DNA from: Octopus bimaculoides
Taxonomy: Eukaryota
Assembly (NCBI RefSeq): GCF_001194135.2
Contig: NC_068990.1
Location: forward strand, 93,708,911 to 93,761,003
DNA: 52,093 nucleotides
Direction of reading: 5' to 3'
The position numbers and the translations under genes were made by a program. Positions 1 to 13,355 of this stretch are shown one piece after another; position 1 is the first letter of the stretch, and every line of letters starts with the position of its first letter. The notes beneath the pieces were generated by a model, which was not told where the DNA came from, made no database searches, and saw only the letters and a program-made list of their open reading frames with translations.

Positions 1-419
1 CACTACTGCTTGAATACCATAACCAATAAAGATAAGTACCAAACTTAAATATGTAAGCAATGGGAACAATTTCTCCAACTAAAAGTTCTTGAAAACAGTG
101 CCCCAGCATGGCCACACAGTCGAATGACCGAAACAAGTAAAAGATAAGAAAGATAAGCAATAAGTATCCATTCTCCCATTCGGTTCACCACAAACTGTAT
201 TTAAAAATGGTAAAACCACTGCAATGGCTGCAGTGATGTGTGAACCTTTAAAACCCTATCTTGGTTCTGTGAATTCTTTAGTCTCTCCAGAATGGACGAT
301 ATCCACTGCAGTCTGTCTCTATAAAATAGATAATCGTTCTCAACAAGAATTCTAAGAGAAAAGGAATCGAAATATGGGTCAAATTCTGTCCTGACTTCAC
401 TGGTTTTATTGATTTGCTT

Positions 420-860
420 TAAAACACACACACACACTCAAACATATATATATACATGTTGGCACATATTCAAATGGGTAGAGATACATATATACACATA
501 CACGAACACACATATGTATGCCCAAGCATGTGTGTGTGTGTATGTGTTGTATGTGTGTGTGTATGTGTTGTGTGTGTGTGTGTGTGTGTGCACTCATATT
601 ACATGACACATATGTGGATGAACAAACACATACATATAAGCATACAGACATATATATGCAGCCACACACACACACACACAAGTAAAGATATGTACACACA
701 CATATGGCATACATACACGTGCACACATTAACACACAACACTTGCATATAGACACATGGACAGATGTACACACAGACATTCAGGCATACACACATCTAAC
801 ACACACACACACATAAATACACACACACATATACATACACACACACACATGCATACGAAC
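420..860. repeat. Degenerate (CA)n/(TG)n/(TA)n microsatellite field
   Basis: Direct reading; explains the low-complexity ORFs here. Confidence 0.95.
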
Positions 861-1989
861 TTTAGACACTCCATAGAATAAGGGATACACTGTCCCCTAC
901 ATATATACAGCAGAACAGAGACAGACGGACATGGATGTAGGTGAAGCAGGGAGTGAGAGCTTTAAGTTTTATGGTATTGCTTTGGCGAAGCACCAAATGC
1001 AGTCACTACTGCACCACATTATACTGCACATCATCACCATCACCATCACCACCATCATCATTGCCATCGTCATCATCATCATCATCATTGTCATGTGAGT
1101 TAAAACAAATGATATATTAGAAGCTGCTTTTTGTTATCAACTTCATTGTTACAGCTGGATATTGTTAACTCAATACCAGTAATGTGCTGGGACACCAACT
1201 TATTATTATTGGTTGTGGTGGTGGTGGTGGTGGTGGTGGTGGTGACGATGACGATGACAATGATGATGATGATGATGAATGTATGAATGCATATATTCTT
1301 CACCGTTGTATATGTGTAGAAATGCTTTTGCTGCTTCGTTATAATAACAATGTTCCCAATGAAAAGCCAAGACTGGACAGAAAAGCAAGAAATATAATTC
1401 CTGCAACCTGCCATAGACAAATGGTATTTACCGCAGGTACATGGAGACGGGGGGGGGGCCTTATGCAGCTAGAAAACTATTATAAAATGACCAGGGCTAC
1501 AAAGATATCTCGTAAAGGATAAAGGAAAACTAATACAAATAGCAACAAAACCCTAATGAATAAAAAAAATCCCTAATTTCTGTCTTCAAAGAAAGGCAGT
1601 GAATACAACAAATTAAGGGCCAAAGTGAGAAACAGTTGTGAAGAAAAGGGAGAAAGAACAAGAGGAATTGTAAAATGCCATTATATAAACTAGAAATTCA
1701 GCAACAGAAATGGGAAAGATGGGAAAGAAACAATCTTTTTTCCTCAGCTCCATTTTCGTGTAGGTCAGTAAATCTAGCTGGCAAAAGTATAAAAGCAATG
1801 CCTGAAGGGTCACCTGCACTAAAATGGAAGCTAAGGGAAAGAGATCCAGATTCATAACTATTAAGAGTAATCTTAAGTAATATGAATATGAATATGAAAA
1901 ATTGTTACCTAATGATACTGCAGGGTGTAGAAACAGGTGTTGTGATGTATTAATAAAGCCTAGGAATGTTATCATTTATTATTGTGTAT

Positions 1990-2190
1990 AAGGCAGCAAA
2001 CTGGCAGAAACGTTAACACGCTGGGCGAAATGCTCAGTGGTATTTCATCAGTCACCATGTTCTGAGTTCAAATTCTGCCGAGGTTGACTTTGCCTTTCAT
2101 CCTTTCGGGGTCAATAAATTAAGTACTAGTTGTGTACTGGGGTCAATCTAATTGACTGGTCCCCTCCACCAAAATTTCAGGCCTTGTGCT
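1990..2190 (+). mobile_element. tRNA-derived SINE (family 1)
   Basis: AAGGCAGCxAxCTGGCAGAA head, B-box-like GAGTTCAAAT; related copies at 38363-38536(-) and 43447-43585(+). Confidence 0.75.
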
Positions 2191-4729
2191 GTGAGTAGAA
2201 AAGATTATTTGTTATTGTGTGTGTGAGAGTGTGTATGCGCATGTGTGTGACCAAATCTGTAACCATTTGGTTGGGAAGCAAACTTCTTAACCACACAGCC
2301 ATTATACACACACACACACATATGTATACAGAGCTGGGCGTAAGTCTGTTAATCTCCGTTAACTGTTAATTAATGAAGTTAATATTTTCATTAACAATTT
2401 AACTTTTAAGTTAACTTTGAAAATCATTTTCAGAGTAATTCCATTACATTTAGCTTCCATTAACTCAAGTCCATTAATTCAAAAATTTCATAAAAACTGG
2501 TAAACGTTTAAAAGTTTCTATTGTTTTTAGATTGTCTTCGGAAAGATGCATTAAGAATTTCAATTTTAGTGCTTATCCATGTTATTGCTTTTACACCTGT
2601 TAATTAAATTTACCTGCCCATAAAAGTCAAATTTACTCAGCAAGATAAGCTAAAATTACATAACTATAAACCAGTGATATATAAAGCACCCACTGACAGA
2701 ATTTCAAATCTGTATGTGAAAAATTTACAAAGTTACAAGCAAATATTGTGGATCCCCCCCCCGTCTCTTGAACCTCAATAGTTCAAAATAACGTGAACAA
2801 ATAAACATTACTTTTGACAGATTAATATGAACACTAAAGATGTTTTTACGTGTTTTTTCTTACACACACACACACACATAACACAGTCTCACTTGGTTGG
2901 GAGTACACATGTGTTACTTTGACATCGTCATTCCATGAAATTTGTTTATTGGGAGAAAAATATTGAAAATTATCAATACATGTGTGAGTGAGGAAGAAAC
3001 GAGGAGGGAGATTTTAACATCCTACTACTATCATACCACCTGCATTCCTTTATCATTCTCTCTTCTCTTTCCCCTTCTTCTCCGTCTTCTTCCTCTCCAC
3101 CACCTCCTTCTTTACTTTACTACTATTGCTGTTTAGAATAACACCTATGCAAATATTATAAACAGTACATTCAAAAGAGATGTCTCAAGATTTCAATCAC
3201 TACTACCATCCACAACCAGTCACTTTCAGGGCACTTGACCATTTAACATCCTACGACTATCATAGCACTCCCGCATCCTCCTCCTCCTCCTCCTCCTCTT
3301 CTTCTTCTTCCTCCTCTTCCTCCTCCTTCTTCTTCTTCTTCTTCTTCTCTGCCAAGAATTCACAACAACCTCGAACCCACAAGAGTAAACAAGAGAGACA
3401 GAGACAGGCAGAAAACAAGGAAAATGCCCCTTGTATTTGAATACTATGCTAATATTCTTTTAAAAAAATTTTCTTTTAATTTTTCCAAAATTTAATTGTT
3501 TTCCATACTTACAGTTGAAAAAGTCTCAATGACTGAAACCGGTACTGAAATGCTTTTTATGATAAAATTATTTCAGCATTTTCTACCTTGACTTTTTTTT
3601 CCATATATATCAACTCGTGTGTTCTTTTAAACCTTCTACACACACACACACACACACATATATATATGGTTCCGGGTTCNNNNNNNNNNNNNNNNNNNNN
3701 NNNNNNNNNNNNNNNNNNNNNNNNNNNNNNNNNNNNNNNNNNNNNNNNNNNNNNNNNNNNNNNNNNNNNNNNNNNNNNNNNNNNNNNNNNNNNNNNNNNN
3801 NNNNNNNNNNNNNNNNNNNNNNNNNNNNNNNNNNNNNNNNNNNNNNNNNNNNNNNNNNNNNNNNNNNNNNNNNNNNNNNNNNNNNNNNNNNNNNNNNNNN
3901 NNNNNNNNNNNNNNNNNNNNNNNNNNNNNNNNNNNNNNNNNNNNNNNNNNNNNNNNNNNNNNNNNNNNNNNNNNNNNNNNNNNNNNNNNNNNNNNNNNNN
4001 NNNNNNNNNNNNNNNNNNNNNNNNNNNNNNNNNNNNNNNNNNNNNNNNNNNNNNNNNNNNNNNNNNNNNNNNNNNNNNNNNNNNNNNNNNNNNNNNNNNN
4101 NNNNNNNNNNNNNNNNNNNNNNNNNNNNNNNNNNNNNNNNNNNNNNNNNNNNNNNNNNNNNNNNNNNNNNNNNNNNNNNNNNNNNNNNNNNNNNNNNNNN
4201 NNNNNNNNNNNNNNNNNNNNNNNNNNNNNNNNNNNNNNNNNNNNNNNNNNNNNNNNNNNNNNNNNNNNNNNNNNNNNNNNNNNNNNNNATATTTATATAC
4301 ATATATATATATATATTAATTTATATATATGCATGTATATATATATATCAATTTCTGATATGTATACGATATTGTAGGAGTGATAAGGTTTTCGGTTTCA
4401 ACCTAAATTGGATTATCAATTCATATTTATCATTGATGTAAATCTTCTGTTGACTTAGTGGTAGGATGCATGTACAAGATTTGAGCATGTTGTGCATTAG
4501 CGTCCTATTTACAGCAATATGAAGCTGAGAACTAATATTATGAACTTCTCTCGTTTATAGAGATATTTATTATCCCCAAATGGAAATAATATTATGTGGA
4601 AGGTCTCCCCCCCAGACCAGGAGAGCAAGTCTTGCAACACAGATATGGAGTTGCTATGATACTAATCAAGACAAAGCATCAAAATTGATTTTTTTTATTT
4701 GCCAACACTACACTTGTACAAAATATGTA

Positions 4730-4988
4730 TAGACATACATACGTATGTACGTACGTATGTACGTACGTATGTGTGTATGTATGTATGTGTGTAAGTATGT
4801 ATGCATGCATGTATGTATGCATGCATGTATGTATGTGTCTGTGTATGTGTGTGTGGATGTATGTATATATGCATTGATATATGTATTTATGTTTGTATGT
4901 ATGGAATATATATATATACATACATACACATATGAGCATGTATGTATATCTATATATATATATATATATATATACACATGCATATATG

Positions 4989-5021
<33 letters not shown>

Positions 5022-5060
5022 ATACATGTATCTATGTATATATGTATGTATATATGTACT
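4730..5060. repeat. (TATG)n/(TA)n microsatellite field
   Basis: Direct reading. Confidence 0.95.
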
Positions 5061-5949
5061 GATATTATCAGTACAATCAGCAGCAACAGAAATCTTTTTT
5101 TCTGACTAATTTGGATATTGAATTTTAATAAGCAGAGCAAGATGAGAAGAAAAATGCACTTATGATGAAAGAGGGTTCTGTTCGAATCTATTTAGTTCTC
5201 ACTTCCCACAACAGAAATCAATTGAATTACGTTGATTGAACTGTTGGCTCACAGCAACGTTGTTAACGAATGTGTTACCGATGTGTCATTACTCTAGCTT
5301 CTTGACTTAAACCCCTCTCTTAATTGAGTGATGATAAGATTAATGCAGAGCATGAGTTAATGCCCAGCTTAGATGTTGGGGAGGAGAAATAAAGTTAGAA
5401 TCAGCTTAAGTCAACCAGCTAATTGCAACTGTTAATTGTGCCCATTGTAATTCATCTAGGTCACTAATACTCTTGGAAAAACACATGATTAACATAAACT
5501 CTAATTTTTACTCGTTGTTAATAAGTTTTAAGAGAACAGAAAGCAAGATGAGTATATTGAGTACTAGCCCTAACTCTAACCCTAACCCTTAATAATTTTT
5601 GACAAACAGAAATTAACAGTTTAAGGATCATACAAGTCTATATTTCTGGAATGGGGAATTTATAACATGTGCGCTGTGTTTATATTGGTCATCCTCATTG
5701 TTGCTCTCACTACATTTTGGTTGTTGTACTCCCCAGCCATCTTCAGGTGTTTTATGTTGAACTCAGTTGTTGTATCAGAATTTCAAACCTTAGTGCCTTG
5801 TCTGGTATTGAACTTCGAACCTTTAGGTGATTTCCTACAGGCATGACATAGTAGATAAAGACGTTGGTTAATGTGGTGCAGTCACCTAAAAGTTTTGAGT
5901 TCATTCCCAGGCAAAGCATTAGGGTAATTCACAAACAAAGATCAACCTA

Positions 5950-6100
5950 CATTATTTACATTTGACGGATATTTGTCTTCATCTTGTTTGTTGTTAACAC
6001 AATGTTTCAGTTGATATACCCTCCAGCCTTCATCAGGTGTCTTGGGGAAATTTCGAACCTGGGTTCTCATTCCTAAGGTATTTTTCGATGTTATTATTAT
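5950..6100 (-). mobile_element. Penelope-like terminal fragment, second copy (hammerhead degenerate)
   Basis: High similarity to 13820-13975; helix II and III carry mismatches. Confidence 0.6.
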
Positions 6101-6445
6101 CACTCATAACATCTGCTTTCCATGCTAGCGTGGGTTGGACGATTTGACTGAGGACTGGCAAGCCAGAAGGCTGCACCAGGCTCCAATCTGATCTGGCAGA
6201 GTTTCTACAACTGNNNNNNNNNNGGACTGGCAAGCCAGAAGGCTGCACCAGGCTCCAATCTGATCTGGCAGAGTTTCTACAACTGGATGCCCTTCCTAAC
6301 GCCAACCACTCCGAGAGTGTAGTGGGTGCCACTGGCACGAGGGCTAGTCACATGGTACTGGTAACAGCCATGCTCAAAATGGTGTTTTTTACATGCCACC
6401 TGCACAGGAGCCAGTCCACCAGCACTGGCAATGACCTCACTTGAA
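6100..6445 (+). mobile_element. SINE-like repeat (family 3, CATCATCGTTTAACGTCYGCTTTCCATGCT...)
   Basis: Similar to 27096-27385(+), 10690-11010(-) and 21965-22170. Confidence 0.7.
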
Positions 6446-7660
6446 TGATTTTTGGCAATGACCTTGTTAATTTCTCATCTCTTAAATATAGACCTGATGA
6501 AAAAAATGTCCTGAAAGAAAGAAAGTGGAATAAGAACAGCGTACCCCTGTGAATCAAATAAAGGATTAGGTTCAAAATTCTGATACAATGACTAAGTTCA
6601 ACCCCGAGACACCTGAAGAAGGTTGGAACATAAAAGAGCAGAAACAAAGGGAAATCAACAATCAAGATGAGGACCCCAGTCAGACTTACAAAAGCAGTAA
6701 ACATAGTTTAGGAATGAATTATTACAGTAAATATTTTTATAGTTCTATGATAACAATGAGGGTTTGTTTTTATCACTTTTGCCGTAGGTTGTTCAAGGTG
6801 TTTGTGAAGGTCAGGAAACAAAAGAGAAACAAAATGTTTGTCAATGAATGAGTCTTTTTATGATTTGACAAAGAAAACTTGTACCTGACACAGAAACCAG
6901 TAATGAAATCAATAAACGTTTTATGTTAGTCTACAGGACACTGCCTCAAATTATTTCCTCTTTACTTTTACTAACACTTTTTAACAAACCTTTATTACAA
7001 TGCAATGCCTGCAACCCATTTTTAATGAGCGTATGAAGGTCAGCTTGAAAGGTTCACAGGCTGACCAAGATACTCTCATGGAATATGACCAAATGAGGTT
7101 TATTTTTCAACATAGTCCCCTTTGCAGTCCACACATTTCCTCATTGGTTTTGAAGTGCTTGGATTCCATTGGCTACATTTGAACTCAGAACATAAAGAGT
7201 TAGAAAAAAATTCTGTGAGGAATTTATTCCAACACTCTCTGCCAAATCACCAATAAAGACATTTTCTCTGAAAAAAACATGTAAAGAATGCTTCCTTTAG
7301 TTATGACAAGCTCCAAGCTGGTATTACTGAACTTATTAATGTAATTCTCGTAAATAGTATTTAAAATAAACTTTAGATAAAATTTTCCAGTGGAATTAAG
7401 ATATTTACGATTATTTTTTTCTTTTTCCAAGATATTATTGATTATTGAAGCTCTCCTGGTGTGGAAACATTTGCAATGAAAATTGTTTTTTAGGCCTTCA
7501 TTTAAGATTTTAAACATTCCTCACGTTATTAAAAGTCTGGAGCTTCTGAGGACTTCACCATTCAAACTCCTACAAAGGACTTTGCTCCAAGATCTAGAGC
7601 AAGGTTCTCCACCATTCTTGGCAGCCCTGTGTGTGTGTGTGCATGTGTGTGTGTGTGTGT

Positions 7661-7829
7661 AAAGCATGTGGTTTCACTTTAGAGCATGCAATTTAATAAT
7701 TCAATCATAATTTGTAGTTAGAGTTAATAAGGGATTATACATTATTTCTTAATCCCTTATTTACTCTAACAACTCTGCAATTATGTTTGAATTATAAATT
7801 ACATGCTCTAAAGTGAAACCACATGTTTT
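7661..7829. mobile_element. Palindromic MITE-like hairpin element
   Basis: 24-bp perfect terminal IR (7665-7688 / 7802-7825), with imperfect pairing continuing almost to the centre. Confidence 0.7.
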
Positions 7830-7845
7830 GCCTGTTCATTCTCTC

Positions 7846-7985
<140 letters not shown>

Positions 7986-8230
7986 AGACGTTAAATGATG
8001 ATGATGATGAGGAGGAGGAGGAGGATGGTGTACACATGAGGATGGGCTGCAAAGTTTATAGGCTGACTATGAAGGAGTGGTGCTAGAGCTATGAAATATT
8101 GCATGCATTAATTTCAGCTCTTCTTATTAATAACTGTATTGTTTTCTTTCCAGGTAAGCTGACATCTGAATGTTCACTTCAAAACAACTAGTAACACTTC
8201 AGAAGTAACTAGTAGTGACTTCTCTTGAAA

Positions 8231-9210
8231 ATGGGTGACATTTGGCCTCATAATCTTAGTCAAGTCCCTGCAGGAAAAGGGTTTAGCTCTCTAAGACATT
8301 CATGCTGACATGGTTGCTACATTGGGGGATGATGACCCAGTTTTATCAACAGTGCAAAAGTGGGTCACTAAATGTAGGAAAGGAAGGGAGAGCTTTGCAG
8401 ATAAGCCAAAGTCTGGGCATCCTGCAACTGCCACCACCAAGGGAAACGTTGCTCATGTTTACCACATGTTAATGGATGATAGGTGATTGACTATAAATCA
8501 AATGGCCAATGCTGTTAGCATAACCTGAGTGAGTTGAGACTATTCTGCACAATGAACTTGGCATGACAAACGTCTCTGCTCGGTGGACACCATGTCTTTT
8601 GACACCTGATAAAATGTGCACAAGGCGAGTAACATCATAGGAAAATCTGATATAGTTTGAGGCAGATCCAGCTGGTTTCCTTGAAATTTCCTAAACCAGG
8701 ATGAGTGTTGGCTTCATCACTTTGAGCCAGAGACAAAGAGACAACCCATGCAGTGCAAACACCCCTCCTCACCTCCTCCAAAGAAGGCCAAGGTTATTTC
8801 CTCTGCAGGGAGGACGATGGCCTCAGTTTTTGGGATGCAAAAAGCATTGTGTTCATTGACTCTCTTCAAAAGGGCCACACCATCAATAGGAGACTACTAA
8901 ACCAACTTGCTGAGGCAGTTATGAAAAACTATCAAGACCAAAAGCCCAGGAAAACTGACAAAAGGGGTCTTGATTCCTTAGAACAACATTCCAGTACGCA
9001 AGCCCTTCGTTTCAGTGGCTGCCTGTGCATGTCTGTGGCTTTGAACTGGTTGATCAGCCTCTCTATTCCCCTGATTAGGCTCCATCTGACTATCATCTCT
9101 TCCTCAACATGAAAAAAAACACTTGGTTGGGAACCAGAATCACAGTGATGATGATGATGATGATGTCATATCTGATGTTGATGAACAGGATGAAAGTTTC
9201 TTCACGCTGA
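8231..9210 (+). mobile_element. Decayed near-full-length mariner (Tc1/mariner DD34D-type) transposase
   Basis: Frameshifted and stop-interrupted motifs: IHADMVATLGDD, RW(T)P.LLTPD, QDECWLHHFEPETKRQ..CKHPSSPPPKKAK, FWDAKSIVFIDSLQKG, YSPD*APSDYHLF. Confidence 0.9.
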
Positions 9211-9343
9211 ATCTCCCCAAGAACTATGTGAAGGGTACACGTGTCTGTGGAGTGCCCAGCCACTTACACATTAATTTCACGAGCAGGCTGTTCCGTTGAT
9301 CGGATCAACTGGAACCCTCGTCATTGTAACCGACAGAGTGCCA

Positions 9344-9389
<46 letters not shown>

Positions 9390-10689
9390 AAAGAGAGAGA
9401 TTAAGCTAAGATAAAAAGAGAGGGGCAAGGAGCAAGTTATTTGTGCACACAATTGAATGCAAGTATTTTTCTGAGTGGTTATAGTATACATGCATGTTTT
9501 TATATGTGTGTGTGTGTATATATACAAGCCAAATGCAAAATGATTCCTATAACACATCAGTTAAAGCAAACAAAGAACATTGTTCTGTTGTGTCTCAACC
9601 AGGTACACAAAGGTGTACGCTTCTTTGCATCCTGACTGTAACATTTTACAATACAATGGTGATCTTCATTTACAATGAGGATTTTATCATCAGAACAAAG
9701 GATCTCTTTGTCAATCAAAGAGTTGCATCTGTTTCAATATAAAATAAATCAGATGATCTTTATTGCTGTTCAAGTATATTTTAGGCCCTTGTTCTTCATT
9801 GTTGACTTGAAAGCATTGGTTAACTTTGTCAATAAATTATTATTAATCAATGATATTCATTTAAGCTATTCAGGTCAATCGCAACCATGAAAGTAAGCAA
9901 TGTATTGATTAACCAGTTGCTGAGGTTCTGTGTTTTTATCTTATTATTGGTAAGATGTTCTGTCCTGAGCTAAAATAGTTACCGTTTAGTGAGCCAGAGG
10001 TAGGCTCAATGCATCGGTCATCATTGTTTTGTAATCAGTAATCACTCATGGATATTATATAAATAACAAGATGCAGGTGAGGCTGTGTGAGTAAGAAGCT
10101 TGCTTTATGGGGTCTTAGGTTTACTTCCATAGCACAGCACCTTGGGCAAATGTCTTCTACTATAACCCCAGGTCAACCAAAGCTTTAAGAGTAGATTTGG
10201 TATAGGGAAACTGAAAGAAGCTTGTCATACATATGTATGTGTGCATATGTGTATGAGTGCATGTATGTGTGCATTTGAGCATTTGTGTTGGGGTGGGGGT
10301 GCATATGTGTGACATTCTTTGTGTTGTAATGTAGACATCTTCATCCACTTGCATATTATTGTCGGCACTGTAATATTTTTATCACCACTGTTATGTTGTG
10401 GCAGTATTCTGCCTCTAATTATCTTTGACTCATCTATTGTGCTATCACTGATAGCTCCACAAGACAATGACTTTGTGATGTCTACCTTGACGGTAACTCA
10501 AACTCGTATATATCACATAACTGACATTGACTCTAACTGAACTCATACAATGACTCTACTACTGACCTCCTACAACAACTGACTGTATGACTTTATAGTA
10601 GCTATGTCATACCACTTTGTCACATGGGAAGGGGAGTACTATTTTCACTACAACACTTTCTTAACTCTGCTCTGGAAAGCCTTATGTTG

Positions 10690-11010
10690 TGTATGGTAAA
10701 GTTTATGGAAACCACCATTTGAGCATGACCAATGCCAGTGCCGCCTGATTGGCCCCAGTGCCGGTGGAACATAGAAAGCACCATTCGAGCGTGGTTGATG
10801 CCAATGCTGCCTGACTGGCTCCCATGCCAGTGGCATGTAAAAAGTACCCACTACACTCTCGGAGGGGTTGGCATTAGGAAGGGCATCCAGCTGTTGAAAC
10901 TCTGCCAGATCAGAATGGAGCTTGGTGCAGCCTCCTGGCTTGCCAGTCCTCAGTCAAACCATCCAATCCATGCCAGCATGGAAAATGGATGCTAAACGAT
11001 GATGATGATG
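10690..11010 (-). mobile_element. SINE-like repeat (family 3), inverted
   Basis: Reverse-complement similarity to 6100-6445. Confidence 0.7.
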
Positions 11011-11661
11011 ATAAAAGTTGTAAATTTTAAACAATCTTTAATTTTTAACAAATGCTTCAAGAAATTTGCCAAACTAGAAACAGTGTCAATATAACCCTTG
11101 GTAAACTGTGTGGGGTAAGGTGTAGAGGTGTAGAAGTGTAGGGATGTGTGGAGTTGCATTGCATATGTTACAAAATATGATTTCTTTTCTGTATCAGCAA
11201 AAAGATGTGAAATTTTCGAAGATAAAGCTTTTAGTCCTTCTGATATCAACCTGTCTGAGATTGTGGCTGGTTCTATAATATGATACAAATTTCCTGTTTT
11301 AAAATGGTCCAAATAAAAACCTTCTATCAAAATTTCATGTTGATTTATTTTCCAAACACCAGAATAATAACAACAAGGTTGTTTTAGTAAATTCTTCCCT
11401 ATTTTCAAAGTTAATTGAAATAAACACAGTATATTTGAACAGAAATATGGAAATAAAAGAGTTAACCCTTTACTTAAAATCTGCAGAATAACTGTAAAAA
11501 AATATCTACAGAGTCATATTTATGGCTATTTATCTGCCCTGTGCAATTAGAGCATGAAGCTTGGAATAAAGATCTGTAGTCAGGATTTGAAATCAGATCT
11601 CTGAATACTCAGTCAGACATCGTGACCAAACCACATTTCTCATGATCGGTCTATTAAGCAA

Positions 11662-11723
11662 CCAATCAGTGTTAAGCCATCGTATGATAGAAATTTCTAG
11701 AATCTTGTTGTGCCCTATAAAAG
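11662..11723 (+). promoter_or_regulatory. CCAAT box plus TATA box pair
   Basis: AACCAATCAG at 11660-11669 and TATAAAAG at 11716-11723, with canonical spacing. Confidence 0.45.
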
Positions 11724-11817
11724 GTCACTCTTGGCAGTAATTAATTGCAGAATGCTAAGGCAGCCAAACAATATGTCTCCATTCTTGTCACAGCAGACAG
11801 CATGCATTTCTATCAGC

Positions 11818-11882
11818 CAGATGACACAGGAAGGTGGCTAAGACAGATGGCACAGGAAGGTGGCTAAGACAGATGACACAGG
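11818..11882 (+). repeat. 26-bp tandem repeat (~2.4 copies)
   Basis: CACAGGAAGGTGGCTAAGACAGATGR at 11825-11850 and 11851-11876. Confidence 0.9.
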
Positions 11883-13177
11883 TAGATGACATGGACCTCA
11901 GTCGCCACAAATATAGCACAATTGTTTCCAGTTATGTTGGACAAGCCACGTGTTGCCATATTAATAGCTCGCCATAAACTCCAAGCAATATTTCTCTCAC
12001 AGTATGTCATTATTGCTGTTGTTATCTGTAAAAGGTCAATGCAGTTTGTCTTTATGTGCAGCAATAAAATCTATTAAATGTCCATGGGTATTGTTTAGTT
12101 ATTTCTATAGGCAACCCAAGAAACATATTTTCATTCATCAACTCAACCAGTCACCACAACTTCCAGCCCAACAAGTTGCAGCACAACAAAACAACAAACT
12201 TCGCTTTTCTTATCTGTACTACATTGAGATTAACTCCGGGTCAACCTTAGCCTATGATCAAAGATATTCCAGATATGACCATCCTGTCTTTTTGTCAGTA
12301 TAGTGTATATAGCACCTCATTCCACTATGTGATTTTTTAAGACAATGAGGTATGATTGGAGCGAGATTTGGCTGCTATTTCTAAAATGTAGAGTGACTAC
12401 ATACAAGCTTTCTCGTTGCGTCTCTTGTGAAGAGAGAGAGAGAGAGTGAAAAAAAAGAGTGAGAGAGAGAGTGACAGAGAAAGAGAGAAAGAGAAATATA
12501 GAGAGGGAGAAAGAGAGATTTGATCAAGGTAGATAATATATTGCATGTTTTCCTTGGTGTTGTCTCCCTTAGTGGAAACAATTCTGCGATTGGTAACATT
12601 TTGTTCCTGGGTCAACCATAGCGGGACAAACCTATCATCAAAAGCAGGTCAACCGTGACCATTATGTCTTTTGACATAGAATAAACAGGGACATTCCAAT
12701 ACAAGAGCATCGAAAATTATCAAGCGCCCCAAAAACTGTTTTAATCACCGTTGACTACGAAACTGCAGTTTTGGGGAATGGGAGAGATGAAACCGGGTTG
12801 GTCCCCTCCAGTCCGTAATTTTTCGGTTTAGATTTTCTATTGAGTTTTTTTTCCAGATTGCTTTAAGTATTTGAGATTAATAGTCTTCTGCGTATTATAA
12901 ACCCGAAAATTTACGGAAGGAGGAAACGGGCTCCACCACCAGCCACTTTCTTTCAGATTCCACGATGCTTAAAATATACAGAGATGAAGAAATTACGGAT
13001 TTTGGTGCATTAGATAATTTCTGACTCTATTTTATAGAAATACATTGTCCCAAGTTTTAGATAACAGGTAATAATATCAGGGAGATTTGATTACTCTTTT
13101 TTGCACGAATGGTCTTCGTCGGTTCCAAATCTTGCAGTTTCAAAATGTGAATAGCCCTCAATGGTTACGATTGTAGT

Positions 13178-13211
13178 ATGGTGGTGGTGGTGGTGGTGGT
13201 GGTGGTGGTGG

Positions 13212-13295
<84 letters not shown>

Positions 13296-13355
13296 CGACG
13301 ATGATGATGATGATGACGATGATGACGACGATGACGACGACGACGACGACGACGT
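13178..13355. repeat. Compound (GGT)n(GAT)n(GAC)n trinucleotide repeat
   Basis: Direct reading; a smaller similar array lies at 1213-1278. Confidence 0.97.

Noticed and set aside
406-1522. Poly-His, poly-Gly/Asp and CV-repeat ORFs
   Set aside because: Translations of microsatellites ((CA)n, (CAT)n, (GGT)n(GAT)n), not genes.
3588-4441. Long ORFs spanning Ns (also 47080-48009, 47270-48100, 49410-49920, 42910-43291)
   Set aside because: Open only because of assembly gaps, except the real H3 and H4 frames.
6150-6275. Apparent 62-bp direct repeat flanking a 10-N gap
   Set aside because: Identical sequence on both sides of a placeholder gap inside one SINE is typical of an unmerged contig overlap, so it is an assembly artefact.
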